Positions 1-14,000 of a stretch of DNA of 64,000 nt are shown in pieces. The position numbers and the translations under genes are program-made. The notes under the pieces were generated by a model, which did no database searches, was not told where the DNA came from, and worked only from the letters and a program-made list of their open reading frames with translations. Source of the stretch: Camelus dromedarius (taxonomy: Eukaryota); contig NC_087436.1 of NCBI RefSeq assembly GCF_036321535.1, positions 41,976,001-42,040,000 on the forward strand, read 5' to 3'. Position 1 is the stretch's first letter. Each line of letters opens with the position of its first letter.

Positions 1-759
1 ACAAGCCATGTCTCCTGGAGTGCAAACAGAAGGTGACAATAATAGGGAGAAAATGCTGTTTGGCTGGCTCTTCCTCCTCTCTGTATCAAGACCTCATTCG
101 GGTTTCTGTATTTGTGGTAGATCCAGGGAATGTCTCCTATGTGTCCATGAGCCCAGTCCTCCTAACTCTCATTTTTCTCCTTTTTTCTCTAGTTCTCTAT
201 GCTAGGTCTTCTAAAAAGTATCTACCAGTGACTGACCACAGAATTGTTCTTTCTAAGTCTTCATGTGAAGCCTGCAGATCCTTTTGCTTATTTATCAAAA
301 TGTGGTTATCCTCACAAGGGGATATTGCATTACATGCTGGCACAAAGGTGTTTGCAGTCATCAAAATTAATCTATTGGAGCAATGTTCTTTCAGTAGAAT
401 TTATTTCCCTTCATTATGTACAACTATAACATATGGTTTCACCATGGTGTTGACCCATGACATTTATTATTTATGTAGACTAGTCTCCTAGTTATTTTCT
501 CTACACACTAGTCATTAGCTGATCAGTGCATAAGACTTAACAGTCATATATAGAGAGATAGATACATAACATGATAGTATCCAGCTAGACGAATTGGTGT
601 TTCAGTGAGTTTTCTTGGAGAAATACTGGGCAGCGTTTTAGCAAACTCTTCCTCTTTTCCTAGAATTCAAACTACTAACATCTCACCTGAACCCCTTAAA
701 CCTTTTATACTTATTAGAAAGGGGCAAAAACAACCTTTTTAGTCAGATTTCCATGACAG

Positions 760-1175
760 AAGCAGAAGCCATTTGGAGTCATTTTAAACAAAGAAAATTT
801 TTATTCTGCAATTTAAATGCTTCCAAAAACTTTGAAAGGGCTGATGGAGCAGACTCTAGACTGTACTCCTCTGGGACTTGCAGAGCCAGACAGAACTGCT
901 TCCCTAGGGCAGCGACCGCTTCTAACACTGCTACTGGAGCTCTGACAGAGGCAATAAATTTCCAGTGCTGCCTGCAAATGGGCAACGAATACTGCTTCTG
1001 AAAAGATCTTACATACCAGCAACAGGAGCCAGGAGCTGCCAGACTTTAGCACCTCCCTGTCTACTGCCTTCTGACATCTGTCCTGAGGACTTCTAATTGG
1101 CTGAAACTTGTTTGCCTCAAAAATGATAGCTGCAGAGTTCGGGAAATGGAAAATTTTGCTTTATAACCCCTCCAA
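760..1175 (-). mobile_element. Highly diverged MaLR (MLT1-type) LTR remnant
   Basis: The motif aattggctgaaac...agctgcagagttcgggaaatggaaaattttgctt resembles old MLT1 LTRs in reverse. Ends not resolved. Confidence 0.35.
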
Positions 1176-1279
1176 TTAAAAAATAGAGCAGTAGGAGTTC
1201 CAATTCAGAAATATGTATTAAAATCAATTCCCTTTTGTCAGTAAAGTACTTCTCGTCATTAACTGAGAGTGGGGAGAGA

Positions 1280-1500
1280 GCCACGATAGTAACAACTTAG
1301 AAAAGCAAAAGCAATGTGTCTAGAAGACTTGGGTATATTTTCTAGCTCTGGTATTTGTGAACATGAGCAGATCATTTTCCTCCTCTGAGACTCAGTTTCC
1401 ACATTTGATAAGAGCATCCGGGCTACCTCATAGGGTAATCATGAGGATAATGTTAGACACAAATGTAAAAACACTTCATAAATATCAGGTTCTAAGCAAA
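1280..1500 (+). mobile_element. MIR SINE fragment
   Basis: Core ctctgagactcagtttccacattt...ctacctcatagggtaatcatgaggataa. Confidence 0.75.
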
Positions 1501-3689
1501 TGCAAGCAGATCTGATCAGTGAGAATGATTCAAGAAAAATTAAATGAGTTCACTTCTATTACTGTTAGCATGTTGGTGCTAAACAGATTTAATTTTATTC
1601 TAGTTTTTGGAAAGAGATGACCCTACTTTTATATGGTCGGTAAATTATCACATTATCTCATTTTCCATTCAACTGGCAATTTAATGTAACTGGGAAACTA
1701 GATCAAGAGACATTCCCCTGTAAATACTTGTGGTGTCATGTTATATTATGATATCATAGAACTCCTAGATCCTGTAAGATACATTGTTTTAATAAATAAT
1801 AAAAGCCATGTTTGGGTTACTTTACTTTGTCATTTCTGTGTCTAATTTTATAGTCTCAAATGCTTCCTACAGTCACATTAGAAAGTATTTCAGATTTTGT
1901 AATTTTTGTGATCTTGTGTAAATATTTATTTAGTTCACCTTTTGGTTGACCGAATCACTGTGAAGTTTTAAGCTCCAGACAGTAAAGAATGACGGTTTCT
2001 ACAGCAAGCCCCTTGATAACAGAAAAAGAGCTACGAGGGAATTACTTTTCATCTTGTGTTATCATTTAGATTGAAGAAGTATAAACTCGTAATTATCTAG
2101 TGTGATTTACTATTTTGATTGAGCTCCAGTTGTCAGTGTGATAAGATGACCTTATGAGCAGTATAACATTAAGCCCCCAGAAATCAATAAATATAATAAA
2201 ATCCTTTTACTGTCCCTTCCTTCCTACTCACCAAATCAATTGCTTTTTACCTTCTGGTTTTTTTTCATGAAAGCTCCACAATTCATTTTACTACCTGTCA
2301 AAAGTGAATTTTTTTTTTCTGAAGAGATACAGTTGTTTAAAATTTCAGTTCTCTTTATGATTTTATTTTTCATCTTTGCTTCTGGAAGCTTCACACACTT
2401 ATCTAGCATTCTAGGCCCAAAATTTGGAATAAAATATTATACAGTGATAAAAAATGAGGACTAACAAAGTGGCTAGTGAAGACTGTTAGGATGCATGCAC
2501 CATTGATTTTGTTATTCTTGTAATCATGGGACAAGACTATTACGAAACCTCAGTATGAATCACTTGAAAGTGTAATGAGAGCATAATAGTCTTCCCCTTT
2601 TTTGTAAATCAGAAGTGCTCCTCTAAGCAGCAGTCACATAAATTCTATTTACTAGACAGAGAGGTTTGAACACCCTCGACCTTAGATTTCCCCCAGGAGA
2701 AAGTGCGTCTGTATCTCACGCCCAGTGCACCCGCATCTTGGCCACTCCGTGGTACTCATCCTCGCGTGATACTCGACCACGAAGATGATTTTTGTGACAC
2801 TTCACTGGACAACATGGAACTGACCAGAGATAACTAAGGCTTTTTCCAGTAATGTTCCCCAGTGATTGTCAGGGTAACAGTAGTTGCCCGTCCCCCTTGT
2901 AGTTTCCAAGTAGTTCTGTTACTAGACTTTTCCATCCTGGCCTTAAATTGAAAATGCAAGCTCCTGGAAGAAGCATTTTTCCTCTGCTCACACAAAGAAA
3001 TGAATTTTCCCCCGTACCTAGCCAAAGACTCCAGCTCATTTTACAGCGTTGATATCATAATTCAGTCTTTCTCCGGAGTCATTTATTGTAATAGATGTTA
3101 GAAAACACATGCTCCTGATGAAAGAGAGGTGAATTTGGCTCTACAATGAGGGTCACTCCATGAAGGGAAAAATGAAGGAGACTTGCAAGATATTTAGGGC
3201 CCATCTTCTGAACTGATTGTGGCATATGACTTAGGCATTGTAGATATGTGATCCATTCACTGCTTGCTTATTATGCCAGAGTGAATTCTTTTCCTATGCT
3301 ATGTCATGTAATAGAAAATACCAATGGCAATTGTCAAGTCAACACTTTGGTGTTCTGTTTATTGATTAAATCAGCCTTCATATATTACTGTGTGTTGTCA
3401 TTTATAACCTCAATTGATGAGATTCAATCCTATAAGGCATCTTTATAAAGCAGACAAGCATTTAAAGAGAGAAATACAAAGAAGCAGAAATTATAAGACT
3501 GCAGATCTCTATCACATACCTCACAATATAATACCATTCTCTGACAATGTTTTGTACTCTTGTTTTAAATATATACCCCTTTTCCTTTAGAGATGACTGT
3601 TTACCCAAAGCAAGCATCTCATAGTATGTAGTAGGTTTTATAAAAATGAATTGAGCTTCTAAGGTCCAAAACCAGTCTTCACTTTTTAT

Positions 3690-4370
3690 TTACCTTCTGT
3701 ATCCAAAACATCACTGAATCTTGTATGGCATTCAACCCCAGGCTTTTAATCTGACCACCAATAATCTAGTTTGGGTACTCGTGTTCCCTCTAATCTGCAC
3801 CATTGCAATAGCTTCCTAATGCACAGCCTTTATTCATTTCTTCCTCACTTCTATGTGTGGTTACTATATCCTCGTCCCTAAAGGCATCTCATGGTCCTCC
3901 ATGCTCAGAGAGCTTCCTCACCTACACCATTCCAATAGAATGAATTCCCACTTCCTCAGTTTAACAGTAAAACTCATCACTTTATGGTTCATACTTAACC
4001 TTTCTGGTTGTCTTCAACATCACAGACTCACACAGACGCACTCAGGCTCACACAGACACACACACACATACACCACATTGTGCTCTTCCATCTCTCATAT
4101 TTGGGTACTTGCTCAAGTGACACCTTGTTTTTCTATATCTATCTGAGGAAGGGCCATGTTCTCTTCTTATCCTCCCCCTAAACTTTCTGTATTCAAAATT
4201 CAGAATCAATCTCACCTACACACCACACACCCAAAGTATTTACTATGTTTATCATACCATCAGAGCATCATAAGGTTATGAGCTGCTGAAGGACAAAAAC
4301 TGTATCCTATTTGTTTTATATATTGCATCATTAGCATAGAATTCAGTGCAAACAATTTGAACTGAATCGA
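3690..4370 (+). mobile_element. L2 LINE 3' fragment
   Basis: ccattgcaatagcttcctaat...; gagctgctgaaggacaaaaactgtatcctattt...tgaactgaatcgaat, an L2-like 3' tail. Confidence 0.6.
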
Positions 4371-4417
4371 ATTCAGCTGACCACATGTCCTACGATGTTG
4401 TTCTGGCTTTCTTTTAG

Positions 4418-4603
4418 GAGCATGGAATACCTATCAACATGGGCTACGCTGTGGCGCCACATCACTCAGGGGTCTACCCAGTTCATATTCAGCTGTATGC
4501 AGCTTGGAAGAAGGTCTGGGGAATTCAGGTCACCAGCACTGAAGAGTATCCACACCTGAAACCTGCAAGATACCGGAAGGGCTTCATTCACAATAGCATC
4601 ATG
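4418..4603 (+). CDS. NDST4: NDST4 internal coding exon (186 nt, phase 0/0), N-deacetylase domain
   Basis: Acceptor ctttcttttag ends at 4417 and donor gtgagc starts at 4604. Translates [62 protein letters not shown]. From recalled sequences, PINMGY, YAAW, GIQV and RKGFIHNS fit NDST4 rather than NDST1-3. Confidence 0.96.
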
Positions 4604-6493
4604 GTGAGCACATACTGCTGTGTGTATTGAAGGCTCTTACTATCTACATGTGGAATAACGACAAAATGTAACTTCAGAACTTTTTTACATGAGTATCATA
4701 ACTTCCTAACATACCATGTTGATCACATAGTGACACATTGTTTAGCTGTATACAGACTTGCTTCTTAAGATGTGGGGAAGTTTTGGCCAATTCCAGACAA
4801 GCTCAGAATATTGGAAATGGGTTTCATATAGATTATCCATGGCAGTTTCTGGATTAAAGTTTTGTCTAGGGACCCTATACTTCCGGGGAGTTTCTCCATG
4901 TATATTTGTTTGGGTGGTTTTATTTAGAGTTTTCCGGGCAAAATGTGGGTTCATAAATCAAAGAAACACCTCTCAAGTCACTACACTGTCAACAAACAGA
5001 ATCTAACAAATAGCATCTGAGAGCTAAGTTTATCCACTCAGTTTATTTTAGCTTTCAGACACTCAAGAATATCTTAGGATACCTTTTTTTTTCATTGTTT
5101 TTTCCCTTGCATATTATAAAAATGAAGGTGTATATTTTCTTTTCAGATATATTAATTGAAAAATACTAATCTGATGTAAAAATGATGTATCTGTTTCTCT
5201 AGATGAGAATAAAACCAAATGAATTTTAGATGGGCATTTATAATTGTTTGTTGGAATGAAAAAAATGGTATTCTTTACATTCAGTTAAAATAACCCATCT
5301 TAAAATCTCCATTCCCATATCCAGTGCTTTAGGTCATTTCACGTGACCTGATCAGTTGCCTAGACCATAGGAGAGGTTTACAAACTGTTCTCCCTCCTTT
5401 AAATATTCGTATTTTCTCAATCCATTATACAGATTGCTATTAGAATTATCTACCTGTTTATCTATCTAATAAGTATCCAAAACCAAAGAAAAAGCAATGT
5501 CACATGTGCTTAACCAGATCTAATACTCAATATTTTTGATCAGAAAACTTAATTTTTTTATTATAAGTTGGTACTAGAAGACCTAAAGAAGCCTCAAATT
5601 TAAATGTAGCTATTGATAATGCAAATAATGATATTGTTGTCCATAGAAATCCAGAAACTATAAAAAGTATTACTCTTTATAATTGCAAATCAGAGTGAAA
5701 GTACTCAGTTTTTTTTAATTGAGTTGCATGACCATTTGATATATTATTAAATAAAAACATTCTTTTTGACCAGTAATACATACATTCATTTACCTTGAAT
5801 TTAATACAAATTTATGAAAATTAAGCAAAGAATAAATAAAATTATAGCTATTCTGTACAATTGGATGCATTTTTCCATTAGAGTATAAGTAGTTTATTAT
5901 TCAAAATAAGTTTTTGGAATAAAATTACTTATTGCTTTCTCTGTTGAACATTCAGATTTACAACAGAATTAACCACAGAATATGCCAGAAGCAATCATTA
6001 GAAGATTGACTATTACTGTGATTGAAATTTTAATTCAGAGTAATAAAAACAAAACAAAGGTAGCCAGGATGATGAAACTGATTGTTTTGAATCCCAGAAC
6101 CCGAGGACCATGCAAGACTTCATTTCAGAAGCAAGAAGAGTTAATGGTCTAATACCATGAAAAATGTAATCTTGGAAAATCTCTATATTTGAATTAAATT
6201 AACCCTAAGAAGACTTTTATTTTTTACCAATTTTTTAACATACCTCAGCTGGTGGGTAAGATTTATAGAAATGAGTGAAAATGCTTTCAACCTGTATGTC
6301 CTATAGCTCTGATTTAGCAACTCCTTTTAATATTTACAGAGTTATACCAACATCAACTCTTGAATACAGTAATATTTTGGCTTTTGCAGCTAAGGAACGC
6401 CAACAGAAATGATGTGTAGACTCTGAAGTCATGACACAGTGATGGAGATTTTCATTAAGTCATGTCAATATGCTGCTTTTACTTTTTCCTCAG
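4604..6493 (+). other. NDST4: NDST4 intron (1,890 nt, GT-AG)
   Basis: Defined by the flanking exons and canonical splice sites. Confidence 0.93.
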
Positions 6494-6622
6494 GTCCTCC
6501 CTCGACAGACCTGTGGCTTGTTCACACACACTATTTTCTACAAAGAGTATCCAGGAGGTCCCCAAGAACTGGATAAAAGTATCAGAGGAGGTGAACTTTT
6601 CCTCACAATCCTTCTAAACCCA
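6494..6622 (+). CDS. NDST4: NDST4 internal coding exon (129 nt, phase 0/0)
   Basis: Acceptor actttttcctcag ends at 6493 and donor gtaagt starts at 6623. Translates [43 protein letters not shown], in frame with the previous exon. Confidence 0.96.
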
Positions 6623-8768
6623 GTAAGTATTCTATTTATGCTTTTTATGATAACATCAGAATTTTCAGTATATGTCTCATTTTGTTTTTATGGTCAACCA
6701 TTTCACAAGAGTAGTTGGGAAATACTAGAGAGAAATTACACTACCTCTTCAAATTATTCAATTTCCTTATAATCATCAATCAAGAAAAATATAGATTTAT
6801 TAAGATTCACATGTTGAATATGACATTTAAATATAAGATAACATCTCAATGTTGGCTTTTATTCTTGAATTGTGGTAAAGACATATTAATATACCTTTCT
6901 CTAGCCAAAAATTAACATTCACAATATGGCAGTGCATATCTTGTCTATAAGTTGAGTTTGCTTCTTGCTCAGGATATCAGTAGACATCCATATTTCAGCC
7001 TCTAAAAATGATGACGGTGCAAAATTGCATCGAAAATACATAGCTGTGCATTACCTTTGTATACTAGGTTCATCTGAGGCCTATTTTTTAAATCTCCATT
7101 AATTTTATTTGGAATCAAAGACAGAGAATTTGCACCTTTTTTCTTTCATTGTGCCCTTTCATCTTCCACAGTTTTGCAATTTTATTTACAGTTATATGTA
7201 GAAAAGTATAGCAGTGTGGGAACATATCATTAGAAAATGTTGGGATTCTTTCAGCTTTCTGACTGTTTTTCCATAAAGATTTTCATTTCTGAGGTCTTAG
7301 AAAGGCCATGTTCTATTTTACACCCCAGTGTGCACAGAAAATATGAAATAGTGGGTTGTATGCTGTGCCCACCTTGTTTAGTGTAAGAAATTTTCATAGT
7401 CAGAGAAAATGGTTCATGCTTTAGACAAAACTATAGCTCAGTTGTCTGTGGCAAGGCTCCAGGTACGTTTAAAATGAATAATTTAGATAATTTATGTATG
7501 GTATTTTTAATTCCCAAAGAAATTAAATAAAAACCTACATTGTGTAAAGATGAAAACTCATAAATTGGATTGGAGGGGTAAGGAAGTGGGTGCAAAAATG
7601 CTTTATCTGACGGTGAGTGATCAACAAATTTCTCCTCAAACTGCAGGGCTATTCAAAACAAGACAAAACAAACAGTCTGTTGTGTTGGGGAGCCACTGAA
7701 CTGGGGGACAGCTTGAATGCTCTATGATAGCAAAAAACTCTATTTCTCAAAAATTTTTGCTCTCCTTTAAAAACAATCTTGTTGAACTAGACAACCGTCA
7801 ATTCCTTATGGCTATTCCAATATTTTGTGTATAATTCAAACTCATTGAGACTTAAAAGATGTCAAAAATATTATAAAAATAGTTTTTGGAAACTGAGGTG
7901 TACATGTGAATGTCAATGAAAGCAAATGTGGGAAATCTTTCACTTTACACCTTCCCCCACTAACTGAGAATTTGATCTCCACAAAGGCAAGGGTCACATC
8001 TTCATACCATTTTCACTCTGGGGCTACACTCCTGACCCCAAATCTGCTCTGGTCACCTCCTCAAGGGATGGGGATAAGCATCAGAACACTGATGATGGCC
8101 TCTCCTAAATCTCTTGCCCCCAGATCTAATTGCTACTGATGTTTATTACCTGGATGCCCGTCTGACTACTTGTCATTAAAGAGATGGGAGTATAATTCAG
8201 TACTCCTTATAAAGCATCACTCAGATTAATTGTTGGTCCTTTATATAAGATGGAAGACTATTTGGCATTTCTATCTTTGGCACTTGTGGTGAACTAACAA
8301 AACAATTCTAACCTCACTTTAAAAGCTTAACATTGTCACACAGTTTTATTTGAATTACAGGAGGAATAGAAGGGTGGAAGAGGGGAGTTTTCAGGAGACT
8401 TCTAGTATCCAATCACAAACTGCACTTACTGTGTTATTGTGAATTGATGGTGATCTCAAAGTAGGATTTATGAGTAAAGGAGAGAGACCCAGAGAGACAC
8501 AGCAGAAAGAGAAACGCTAGAGATGGTCAATAGTGTAGACAATGTAGGGCATCCTATGTATGGTGATGAAGCCTGGATTAGGCAAATATTGGTCCACAAA
8601 GATATGGGAGTAAGAAATAATGTTGCTCAAAACATGAATGGTATAGTTATAGGCAGTCTAGGTAGATGCTACTCAGCTCTCTAGGGAGACAGGCAGCAGG
8701 CAGCATCTGACAGAACCCAGGTCCAAGTAGGGCTTGGTTCTAGAGCTGCATAAGCAGAAGTTACCAGA

Positions 8769-9257
8769 TGTATTAGTCAGGGTCCTCCAGAGAAACAGAA
8801 CCAATAGGATGATGGGGGAGACATTTATCACAAGGAATTTGCTCATGTGATTATGAAGGTTGACAAGTCACAAGATCTACAAGCTGGAGACCCAGGAAAG
8901 CTGGTAGTGTAGTTCCAGTCCAAAAGCCAGCAGGATTGAGAGCCAGGAAGAGTCAATGTTTAGTTTAAGATTGATGGCAGGAAAAAAAAAAATGTCAGTG
9001 TCCCATTTCAAAGTCAATCCAGGCAGAAGGAGTTCCTTTGTACTTACAGGAAGGTGAGACTTTTTCTTCTATTCAGGCCTTCAACTGATTGGATGAGGCC
9101 CATCCACAAGGGAGGGCAACCTGCTTTACTTAGTTGACCAATTCAGTTATTAATCTCATCCAAAAGCATCCTCATAGAAACACCCAGAATAATCTTTGAG
9201 CAAATATCTGCATAACCTGTGGTCCAGTCAAGTCAACACAGAAGCTTAACCATCACA
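8769..9257 (-). mobile_element. MLT2 (ERVL) solo LTR
   Basis: TG...CA termini (tgtattagtcagggtcctccagagaaacagaaccaatagg ... agtcaacacagaagcttaaccatcaca). The 5-bp TSD ccaga (8764-8768) / ccaaa (9258-9262) matches at 4/5. Confidence 0.9.
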
Positions 9258-10094
9258 CCAAATGAGGTGCTTAAGGTGGGAAGCAGACTGAAAGTGAGTG
9301 AAATAAAATGGGGAACACAAGAAGAGGGGAGAAAATTATGAATGAAGAAAAGATAATATAAGCATGGAATTTTTTTCATGCCTGTGTCTTATTATAAGTA
9401 GAGAGGCACCATAGATGATGGGCTATGATCAAACTTCACTATTGTGGAGAAAAGAAGCTGCTTGATTAATTACTATTTCAAGTTAGATGGTTCCAGCAAG
9501 TCTCGCAAAGAAGAAGCCTGTAAGAATGGAAGGAGGAAAGAAGAAAACAGACAGAAAAATAATGCTGATACCCCCAGCCTTTTCCTCTGATCTATTTTTT
9601 TTTCTCCAACCATCACTTAATTCTTTGTCAGAGTGATGAGTATCTCCTTGTTCGTTCACCAAAACCGTGCTGAAGAAAAATATCTGTAAATTCATTGACG
9701 TGACACTATGTTATCAACATGAGTTAATTAATAAGCTAACTCTAAAGAATATTTGTATTCTAACAGAGCCAGTTCCAAAAGGAGAGGTTTAGGATTACAT
9801 TATTTAGGTATCAAAGTCCCTTAAGGAAATATAATTTAAGTAGAAATCACCCAGCGAGAATGACCGCCTCTTCTACCTACTGCTCTAACTGATTCTAAAT
9901 GTGGAAAACTGATTTTGTGAGGGCTTATAAGTAGGATAAGTGATCCCTAGTGTTAGCATAAACTCTAAAGGTTTAAACCCAATCTAACTTCATTTCATTT
10001 TTTTGATATGACCTATATTTTCACATCTCAGAAATACTGTAGACATCATATATTATGACATCTCTCTTACATGGTGATTTTCTCTGTGGATGTG

Positions 10095-10340
10095 TAAGTG
10101 ATCTATAGATTTTCGTCCTTGGTATTGGATTTTAGTATGTTAATGAATGGATGAAAAGGGATATATATAGCATGACATAAAGCTGACAGTGATGGTAAAT
10201 ACACCAGATGATCATCTTAATAGCCAGTTTTACTTAGCACATTGGAATGATAGACTAAATCCAACAAGATGAAACTTAACAGGGAGTAATAAAAAGCCCC
10301 AGAATTACTTTCAAAGAAAACAGTGGTATAATTCTGGCAA
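10095..10340 (+). mobile_element. L3/CR1 LINE fragment (RT region)
   Basis: atgacataaagctg...ccaacaagatgaaacttaacaggg...aaagccccagaattac resembles the degenerate CR1/L3 RT coding segment (DDTKL...NKMKFN). Confidence 0.6.
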
Positions 10341-10859
10341 TACATAAGGATAAATGTTCTATAAATATAGATTGAATCTGCTAGAAAATTGTATGCACTG
10401 CATCATGACTTATTCAGCTCTTTATCGTTGAAGTTGTCTAAACTGAAGTTTTGTAGGAATGTGGAATCTATTACTTTTAGTTTCTCATCTAATGCTAAGA
10501 CTATGTGATTCTGTTCTTATCCAGTTTGTCATGGGGTATATCTCTTCCATTGTGAAACATAAAAAATATGAAGTAGGTTTAATTTTACATGTCATAAACT
10601 GGCATTATATATTTAGTTATACTCTGTGATTGTAAGATCAGAGGGAAAAAGAGTAATGGTAACATAACAACATGTATAAAAATTAAAAATTACACAAAAT
10701 GGATAGATATTCAGTGGTGAATGTATTCAGGGAAGTAGGGGAGAAAAAAATGTCTCTCATCAGTAGCTGAAAGAGGTTTTATTTCAAGATTTGGTGGACA
10801 GTTTTGAACTGATTGGTAGTTTCCAGATTCATTTGTATGTAAGCATCCTGTGAGGCTAA

Positions 10860-11035
10860 TAAAAGCTGGGAAAGGTACATGAGGGAAGGTCCTGGAATCT
10901 CCCTCTCAGGGGTACTTTAAAGTAGAATCAATAACTATATAGCTCTTTCTCATCGCCTTGGGAGTTCATCTGCCTAAAGAAAGGGGACTGCATTAAATAA
11001 CCTTGAAAAGTTCCACTTTCTTTTTCTGGTTTATA
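10860..11035 (+). mobile_element. L3/CR1-type 3' end fragment
   Basis: ggaatctccctctcaggggtactttaaagtaga...gggactgcattaaataaccttgaaaagttcc. Confidence 0.5.
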
Positions 11036-14000
11036 ACTTTCACAACTCTGCTCAGTAGTCAAAAAGGCACAAAACACACCAAGACCAGCATCACTTCTTT
11101 TCCTGTCCAGCTTTAAATGTAGAAATTCACATTATTTTGTGCTGCCCACCTCAGAATAGACCTGTATCCTTTCTGTGCTCAAAAGTCTCTTATATTTTTT
11201 CTTTATGAATTTACAACAGTTAATTTTTCCATTTAATTCTGACTCCAGCTGCTATCCTGTTCTCATAGTTTTATACATTTTAAAAATATCGTTATTTTCT
11301 AATATAACATAAAACAAAAAAATGCAAATTGGAATATATTTTTACATCTTAACTCACATATGAATTCCTGTTACTGCTGCATATTAGATCTTTTGATTCA
11401 GCAAACTGCAAGAAATGGGGTTTCTTGATTTCCTTAGATACCTACTTGTTTTGCCCAAATTAATCTAACAATTGAAAATTATATAATGTGAGGACTGTTT
11501 GAATGGCATTTCATAAGAATAGCTAGACATCTGTCCACTCAACATTCAGATAACCTCCTCTTATTTTTCTTAGATTCTATCATGACCACATCACATACTG
11601 ATATTTTCCTGCACTGTTCCCCACTTGTCGAACACTAACATGTATTTCCCTGGTGCAGAATCCTACCTGTATTTTCAATAGAATCTTTGCACAGACAGGA
11701 AGAAATATAATTTAATCATGTATGAGGTGAAACAGCTTATACCAGGTAACCCACCATCATTCAAGTCAAGACACTACCCTATAAAATATGTAGCAACTGA
11801 CAACAGAAAAGAAAGTCTGGAGTCTTATCAGATGGTGTCACTAGTAACTATAAAAGCTTGATGTGAATATGCCTTACTGGATTTATTTTTTTTTCTGACT
11901 TACGTTAATCTTGTGCTACACAAAGAACAGTATGAAAATAGAATTTTCTGGATTTTCTTGACAGATATATTTAAAGAAGCTTTGATTCTAAAACACTTTA
12001 AAATGGCAGTCTGCTGGAGCCAGGAAATCTATTACACTGTCCGAAGTTCAGAGCAGTGCCTAGAGTCACTAACCTTTGTCTGTTCTTTGGCTTGTTGCAA
12101 ATTCAGATGAATAAAAAATATGTGCCTGAAAGAGCGGTGTACTTGAAACTGACAGTAGAGTATAACGGACCTGCAGTGATACACTTCTCCATGTGCTGTC
12201 TTCTGAACTTTCATACACCTAGGCTGGCTAATGAGCTTTCCTTCTTCGTGTATATCAGTCTCCAAGTTCATGGAATCTAATAGCAGGTGCAGTACGTTAT
12301 GGATTAGTGCTGGCTCTTCAGACAGATTAGAGAAAAGGCAGCTGCTAGGTGTAGAACATCAACACAAAATAACCTGAACCAAACTTTTTATTTTTATTGC
12401 TGAAATAATACTGAAGTAGATATGTAAAATAATTCACAGAAACGTATTTTATGTGCAGTGCAACAAAATAAAATGCAAGCATCCCACATCTTTTTTTTAG
12501 AACAGATTGTGAACAATTACAGGTTACCCATATACAAGGCTCCAAGTATTCTTTAATGATTTTGATGTTGATTTCCTGTAAATGCTGTGCTTTATAGAAA
12601 ATTGTGACAATCAGATAATATTTTATGTAGAACAAAGCAAATATATATTCCATCAAAATATACTTCTTTATAAAATAATATATTAATAGTTCTAACTCAG
12701 GGTCACAGGAACTGACACATGTTCCAACATGTTTATTTTAAAAAACATGATAAACTTCTAACTGCTCTACTGTAGCGCAGTGTGCCTTTTATCCGGGCAG
12801 GACTTCGAATCAATTAGTGTTACTGGGAGCTCTGAGGCTTAGGGCCTAGGAGCACGGCCACCAACTGTGAGAAGAATGGATCCCTGTAGAGTGTATAGAT
12901 TGTGGGAAATTCTGTTTCCACTCACTGAAAGACCTACAGTCATCTCTTTTTTCTTTTCCTTTATCTTTTTTTTTTTTTTAACTTTTCTTAAAGATTTGCA
13001 AGACTAACCTTTACAAAAGAATGTGAATCACCACTTCTGCAGTGATTCGCTCACAGCAGGGATGTTGTAGAATCTGGAGTCAGCTGAGATCCATGGCCTC
13101 ACCTCAGATGATATTATTTTTTTTCTGTCCACACTGAAAATCAGGACCAGAGTTTGTATAAGAATTCAAAGAACGTGGAGAAAATTTTGCTTTTTTTCTG
13201 ATTTGGGCGTAGTGCGGGTTTTAATTTTCCAGTCGGATTTATTTAGCAATGGGTAGCTCAGAATGTAAAGCACACCACCAGAAAGAAGAGAATAATATTT
13301 TTGTCTCCCAAACCTGAACTCTGTCTTCTCATCAAATAAGAGGAAGGTTGCTAGTATTGTGTAGACATGGATCTTTTTAATGTAGTGGTTGCTACGGATC
13401 CTGATGGAATACAATTTACATTCTGATATATTTCTAGATCATGAACAAATCCATCAAATTGCATTGTTTTCTTTCAATTTTGTTTTCCTAGAAAAATAAA
13501 CGAAAGCAACAATATTTTATTGGGGAGGTCTATTTCATTTTGTGTAACTGGCTAATTTAGTTTTCCCAAAGCATGTTATGAAAGGTAGTGGAATAGCTCT
13601 TTAGCATAAATAAAGTTTCAACAGCAAAAATATACAGCCTCCTATTTATTTAGATGTTAGTCAATAGATAAACCTTTTTTTTTTACTTTGAGGCTTGCAA
13701 TATATAAATATTAGGTGCATATGCCTAACCTCTCTGAATTAGTGTTTATATAACTTAGTCAGTTGGTGAGATAGTAGGAAAGGAGGTGGGTTCTGTAGAA
13801 GCCCACAAAATTAATATTAAAAATGTGTGCTTTTTTTGGTGTGTGAGTTTTTACCCCACCATGGAGTTCAAAATATTGGTTTTAGTCTCTCTTTCACAAA
13901 TTATGTAACACTTAGTATTTCAATACACCTTTTTTTCTTCTCCTTGATACTTATTTATTTTTAATTTTAAAGTACAGTGAAGTAGAAAGACCATTTTGGA

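Noticed and set aside
33..491. Longest listed ORF (152 aa)
   Set aside because: No recognisable domain, composition typical of random intronic sequence, and it lies inside an NDST4 intron.
6623..6772. Read-through ORF after the 129-nt exon (VSILFM..., superficially like the next exon's ISIFM)
   Set aside because: The VS comes from the gtaagt donor consensus and the similarity stops after about 6 codons. The true continuation is at 53989.
13251..13273. tRNA D-arm-like string ggtagctcagaatgtaaagcac
   Set aside because: No B box or T arm at the right distance and no cloverleaf.
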